NCBI GenBank assembly: GCA_963751345.1
Contig: CAVVUS010000018.1
Coordinates: 224,001 to 288,000 of the forward strand
DNA: 64,000 bases
DNA from: an uncultured Chloroflexia bacterium
GTDB taxonomy: Bacteria > Chloroflexota > Anaerolineae > B4-G1 > SLSP01
Direction of reading: 5' to 3'
In this document: one piece after another, positions 60,792 through 64,000 of the stretch
Layout: the number at the start of each line of letters is the position of its first letter
How positions within the stretch are numbered: position 1 is the first letter of the stretch
The notes under the pieces: generated by a model
Database searches by the model: none
Told to the model about the DNA's origin: nothing
What the model saw: the letters and a program-made list of their open reading frames with translations, nothing else
Program-made: the position numbers and the translations under genes

Positions 60792-61739
60792 CTATCCCAG
60801 ATATCCGCGTAGCTTTCTGCCGTTGTAAGGGTGACGTAGCTTGCGCAGCGCCGTACGCTCGACCTGCCGCGCACGCTCCCGGCTAACGTGGAGTTCTTCC
60901 GCCACTTCGCTGAGTGTATGGCTGCGACGACCCTCCAGCCCGAACCGTTCGCGAAGGACCTCGAGCTCGCGTGGTGTCAAGACATCGCGCATGACCTCCT
61001 CCAGATCCTCGTGCATCAGGTGAGACTGAGCAGACTCCGCCGGCGTGGGGGCGTCGTCATCGGCGATGAGATTCAGCAGTTCGCTGTCACCATCGTCACC
61101 CACCGAGACGTTGAGCGATGTCGTGGTCCTCGAGATCTCCATCAGCCAACTTAGCCCGGCGACATCATCCATGCCGAGGACATCGGCGATCTCTTCGACG
61201 GTTGGTGTACGGTCCGACTCACTCTCAAGACGGTCGGAGACCTCGCGAATCTCTCGGAGGCGCTTGCGAAGATAGGCTGGTAGGCGGATGGTGTGACCTT
61301 GTTGCGTCAGCGATCGCATGATCGACTGTCGGATCCACCAGGTCGCATAGGTGCTGAAGCGATTGCCCTTTAGGCCGTCGAACTTGTCGACCGCGCGAAT
61401 CAGGCCGATATTGCCCGCCTGGATCAGATCCTGGAACGGTAGGCCATAGTTGCGATAGTGTTTGGCTATGCTGACCACGAGTCGCGTGTTAGCCTCGATG
61501 AAGTGCGCGCGGGCCATCTCACCGTCGAGCACGAGTTGCTCCAGGTGCTGGATCTCATCGGGCGATGGCTCTTCGGCGACGTGAATCAGGTTTTCTTTGG
61601 CAGTTCTTCCCGCCTCAATGCGGCTGGCGAGATTCCTTTCCTCCTCTGCTGTCAGTAGCGAAACTTCACCAATGCTTTGGAGGTAGAGTGCCAGATGATC
61701 GAATTCGAATCCGCCAGCATCGATATTATCGACTGTCAT
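60792..61739 (-). CDS. Group-2 sigma70 factor (RpoD/RpoS-like, no region 1.1)
   Basis: LYLQSIG..LLTAEEE, NTRLVVSIAKHY, GNIGLIRAVDKFD, FSTYATWWIRQ, TL.EVA.ELHVSRERARQ. Confidence 0.92.
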   Translation of the reverse strand: MTVDNIDAGGFEFDHLALYLQSIGEVSLLTAEEERNLASRIEAGRTAKENLIHVAEEPSPDEIQHLEQLVLDGEMARAHFIEANTRLVVSIAKHYRNYGLPFQDLIQAGNIGLIRAVDKFDGLKGNRFSTYATWWIRQSIMRSLTQQGHTIRLPAYLRKRLREIREVSDRLESESDRTPTVEEIADVLGMDDVAGLSWLMEISRTTTSLNVSVGDDGDSELLNLIADDDAPTPAESAQSHLMHEDLEEVMRDVLTPRELEVLRERFGLEGRRSHTLSEVAEELHVSRERARQVERTALRKLRHPYNGRKLRGYLG

Positions 61740-61822
61740 CGTGGTCCTCACTTATCTAAGCATTCCCGGCAAGGCTATATGGCCGACCAGACCTTTGGAC
61801 TGTCTGTCGTGGTTGTGTCCGG

Positions 61823-62098
61823 TCAGTCTGTGATCATTTCCAGGTGGGCCACTTCCGGTGTGCCTTCCGGATATGTCTCCAGCTCGCCCCTGTCGATGCG
61901 CAAATGAACGCCGCGGTCGTCTACATAATCCGTTAAGGCGACAGGTATCATTCGGCTTGTCTTCCGCGCCTGAGCCGATGCCGGCTCAATAATCAGATCC
62001 GTGATGCGACCCCTTGCGCGATTCATCACCACCGAGTACAGATCCCCGCAGTATTCGTCATGGCAGTATACCTTTGCTCCCACGTGAAGACTCATTGT
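61823..62098 (-). CDS. Small PRC-barrel-like protein
   Basis: LHVGAKVYCHD..CG.L..VV.N...ITDLII...MIPV. Confidence 0.6.
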   Translation of the reverse strand, partial: TMSLHVGAKVYCHDEYCGDLYSVVMNRARGRITDLIIEPASAQARKTSRMIPVALTDYVDDRGVHLRIDRGELETYPEGTPEVAHLEMITD

Positions 62099-62168
62099 AA
62101 TCATCTGTCATCTCTCAATCGACTCGTTCTCGACCTGCAAGGATCTTATATGCGAGTGTCGCTGCGAT

Positions 62169-63190
62169 CTAGGTCCCCTGCATACCGATTCCTGCAACCG
62201 GCGTTTGACATGTTGGGCACTTGCCCTCCACGGTCACGCGGTTCTTTACGATGGTATACCCTGAGCGATGGATCAGGGTCTCGCCACAAGCTGTGACAGT
62301 TCGTGTCGGCAGATTGCCGCGAGTTCCCCGCATAGACGTATCGCACGCCTGCGGCTTTGGCGATCTCACTGGCCCGTGTTACCGTGGCCTCCGGTGTAGG
62401 CGGAACGTCTTGCATCTTGTAGGTGGGGAAGAACCGGCTCAGGTGCCACGGCGTTTCCGGCCCGAGCTCCTCGACAATGAACTGGGCCGCCTCTTTGAGT
62501 TCCGCTGGATCGTCATTCAGGCCGGGAATCAGCAGCGTTGTGACCTCCACCCAGATCCCCAGTTGCTTCATCAGGCGCAGGCTGTCCAGGACGGGCTGGA
62601 GTCTCGCGCCAATGTGGTGCCGGTAGGTCTCGTCGCGAAACGCCTTCAGGTCCACGTTGGCCGCATCCAGGAATTCGTGAATGGTCTCCGCTGCAACATC
62701 ACTCATATAGCCATTGGTCACATAGACATTCCCAATTCCGGCGTCCTGTGCGAGACGGGCGATATCGTACGTGTATTCGAAGAAGATCGTAGGTTCGGTG
62801 TACGTGTAAGCGATGCTGCGACAGCGGCTGGCTTGCGCCAGTGCAACGACCTGTTCCGGCGTGACCTCGTCCCCAAGGATCATCCGCTGATCGCGGGGCA
62901 TCTGCGAGATGTCGAAGTTCTGGCACCAGTCACAGCGGAAGTTGCACCCCGCAGTGGCGACGGAGTAAGCATCCGATCCCGGATAGTAGTGGAAGAGCGG
63001 CTTCTTCTCGACGGGATCGACGTGATGGGCGATGAGCTTGCCATATACGAGCGTATAGAGCTTCCCGTCGCGATTCTCGCGAACCTGGCAGATCCCCCGA
63101 CCGTCGGGCGCAACGATGCAATGGTGGGCGCATAGATGACAGCGCACCCGATCCTCGGACCATCGATTCGTAGAACATCGCTTCCTTCAT
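62169..63190 (-). CDS. amrS: AmmeMemoRadiSam system radical SAM enzyme (frameshifts at both ends)
   Basis: MKEAMFY / CHLCAHHC, DPVEKKPL.H, GCNFRCDWCQN, YTYTEP, C-terminal Zn ribbon (CGETLIHR...CPTC). Confidence 0.9.
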
Positions 63191-63256
63191 ACGCCATGCT
63201 CTCCTGCGCTGGGGCATAGGGAACCAGAAAGCTCGTGGTGTAGGCTCGATCTATGA

Positions 63257-64000
63257 CTAGGCGGACATCTCACCGCGGGTGCTACGCTTGTTTGTCTGAA
63301 GCTGCATCCACTTCACGATATCAGTTCTCCGCATGAGACCCTCAAGACGCCCATCTTTGACGACGGGGATCTGACGAATATCCCGACTTGCCAGAATATC
63401 GAGAGCCTTGCCGGCCTTATCCTCGGGCGCGAGCGTGACCAACTCAGCCGCCGGCGTCATAATCTCGCGCACGTACGTGTTCTCCCATTCCTCTCGGGGG
63501 ACCTTGCGCACGTCCTCCAGTGTCGCGATGCCGATAAGCTCTCCCTGATCCACCACCGGGAATCCGTGGTCATCTGACTGCATGATGAAACCGTGGACGA
63601 ACTCCGCCACGGTTCTGTTAGATGAGACGGTCGGGGGATCACGCCGCATCACGGAGGAGACAGGGACATCGTCCAGGGCCTGATGAACCACCATCTGCTG
63701 ATAACTCTGGACTGCCGAAGAGTGCAAGAACCATCCGATGAAGGCGAGCCAGAGACCGTTGATCAACCCCGCCCCAACGAGCGGCACCGGCACTCCGAAG
63801 GCTGCGGCAACCCCCCCGATGATCATCAACCAGGAAACGCCTTGCCCCACGGCAGATGCCCACTGTGTGGCCAACTTGAGGTTGTCCGTGATGGCCCACA
63901 GGATGGACCGCAGCACGCGTCCGCCGTCAAGGGGAAAACCCGGGATGAGATTGAAGATACCGAGGAGGATGTTGACCGATCCTAACCATGCTATCACCGT
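63257..64000 (-). CDS. Site-2 protease (M50) with CBS pair (5' partial)
   Basis: FNLIPGFPLDGGR plus two CBS domains. Confidence 0.9.
   Translation of the reverse strand, partial: TVIAWLGSVNILLGIFNLIPGFPLDGGRVLRSILWAITDNLKLATQWASAVGQGVSWLMIIGGVAAAFGVPVPLVGAGLINGLWLAFIGWFLHSSAVQSYQQMVVHQALDDVPVSSVMRRDPPTVSSNRTVAEFVHGFIMQSDDHGFPVVDQGELIGIATLEDVRKVPREEWENTYVREIMTPAAELVTLAPEDKAGKALDILASRDIRQIPVVKDGRLEGLMRRTDIVKWMQLQTNKRSTRGEMSA

Overview
GC-rich bacterial chromosome segment, probably from an anaerobic Chloroflexota/Anaerolineae genome (inferred from gene content, not tested). Roughly 20 genes carry single-base frameshifts, including gyrB and ligA, which points to long-read assembly errors. Four zones are visible. 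(1) 0.8-18 kb: a GntR/UTRA-headed catabolic cluster with two different carbamoyltransferases (ATCase-like and knotted YgeW/AOTCase-like), carbamate kinase, two fold-type-II PLP enzymes, a GH63-like hydrolase, a xanthine-dehydrogenase-family molybdoenzyme whose subunit genes enclose an uncharacterised gene with nucleoside-phosphorylase-like motifs, and a tandem-domain solute-binding lipoprotein. This looks like an undescribed variant of anaerobic purine/ureide fermentation and is the best candidate for a new system. Its junctions hold REP-like palindromes (one inserted in frame in a gene) and 7-8 bp repeat arrays, and DnaA boxes lie upstream. (2) 18-27 kb: gyrB followed by a small accessory/defence island with a TIR gene plus an attC-like site, HigB/HigA-ImmA, methyltransferases and an AlkZ-like gene. 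(3) 27-32 kb: a two-component pair, surface proteins, a 39-bp palindrome and a candidate small structured RNA. (4) 32-64 kb: a stress/repair region with pncB, a PncA-like amidase, a stand-alone PolX N-terminal protein, PolX, LigA, ArfB, an orphan rpmI, rhodaneses, MscS, an internally duplicated YihY, a Lon-like protease, USP, LDH, a group-2 sigma factor, AmrS and an S2P-CBS protease. No rRNA, tRNA, CRISPR array or transposase was seen.
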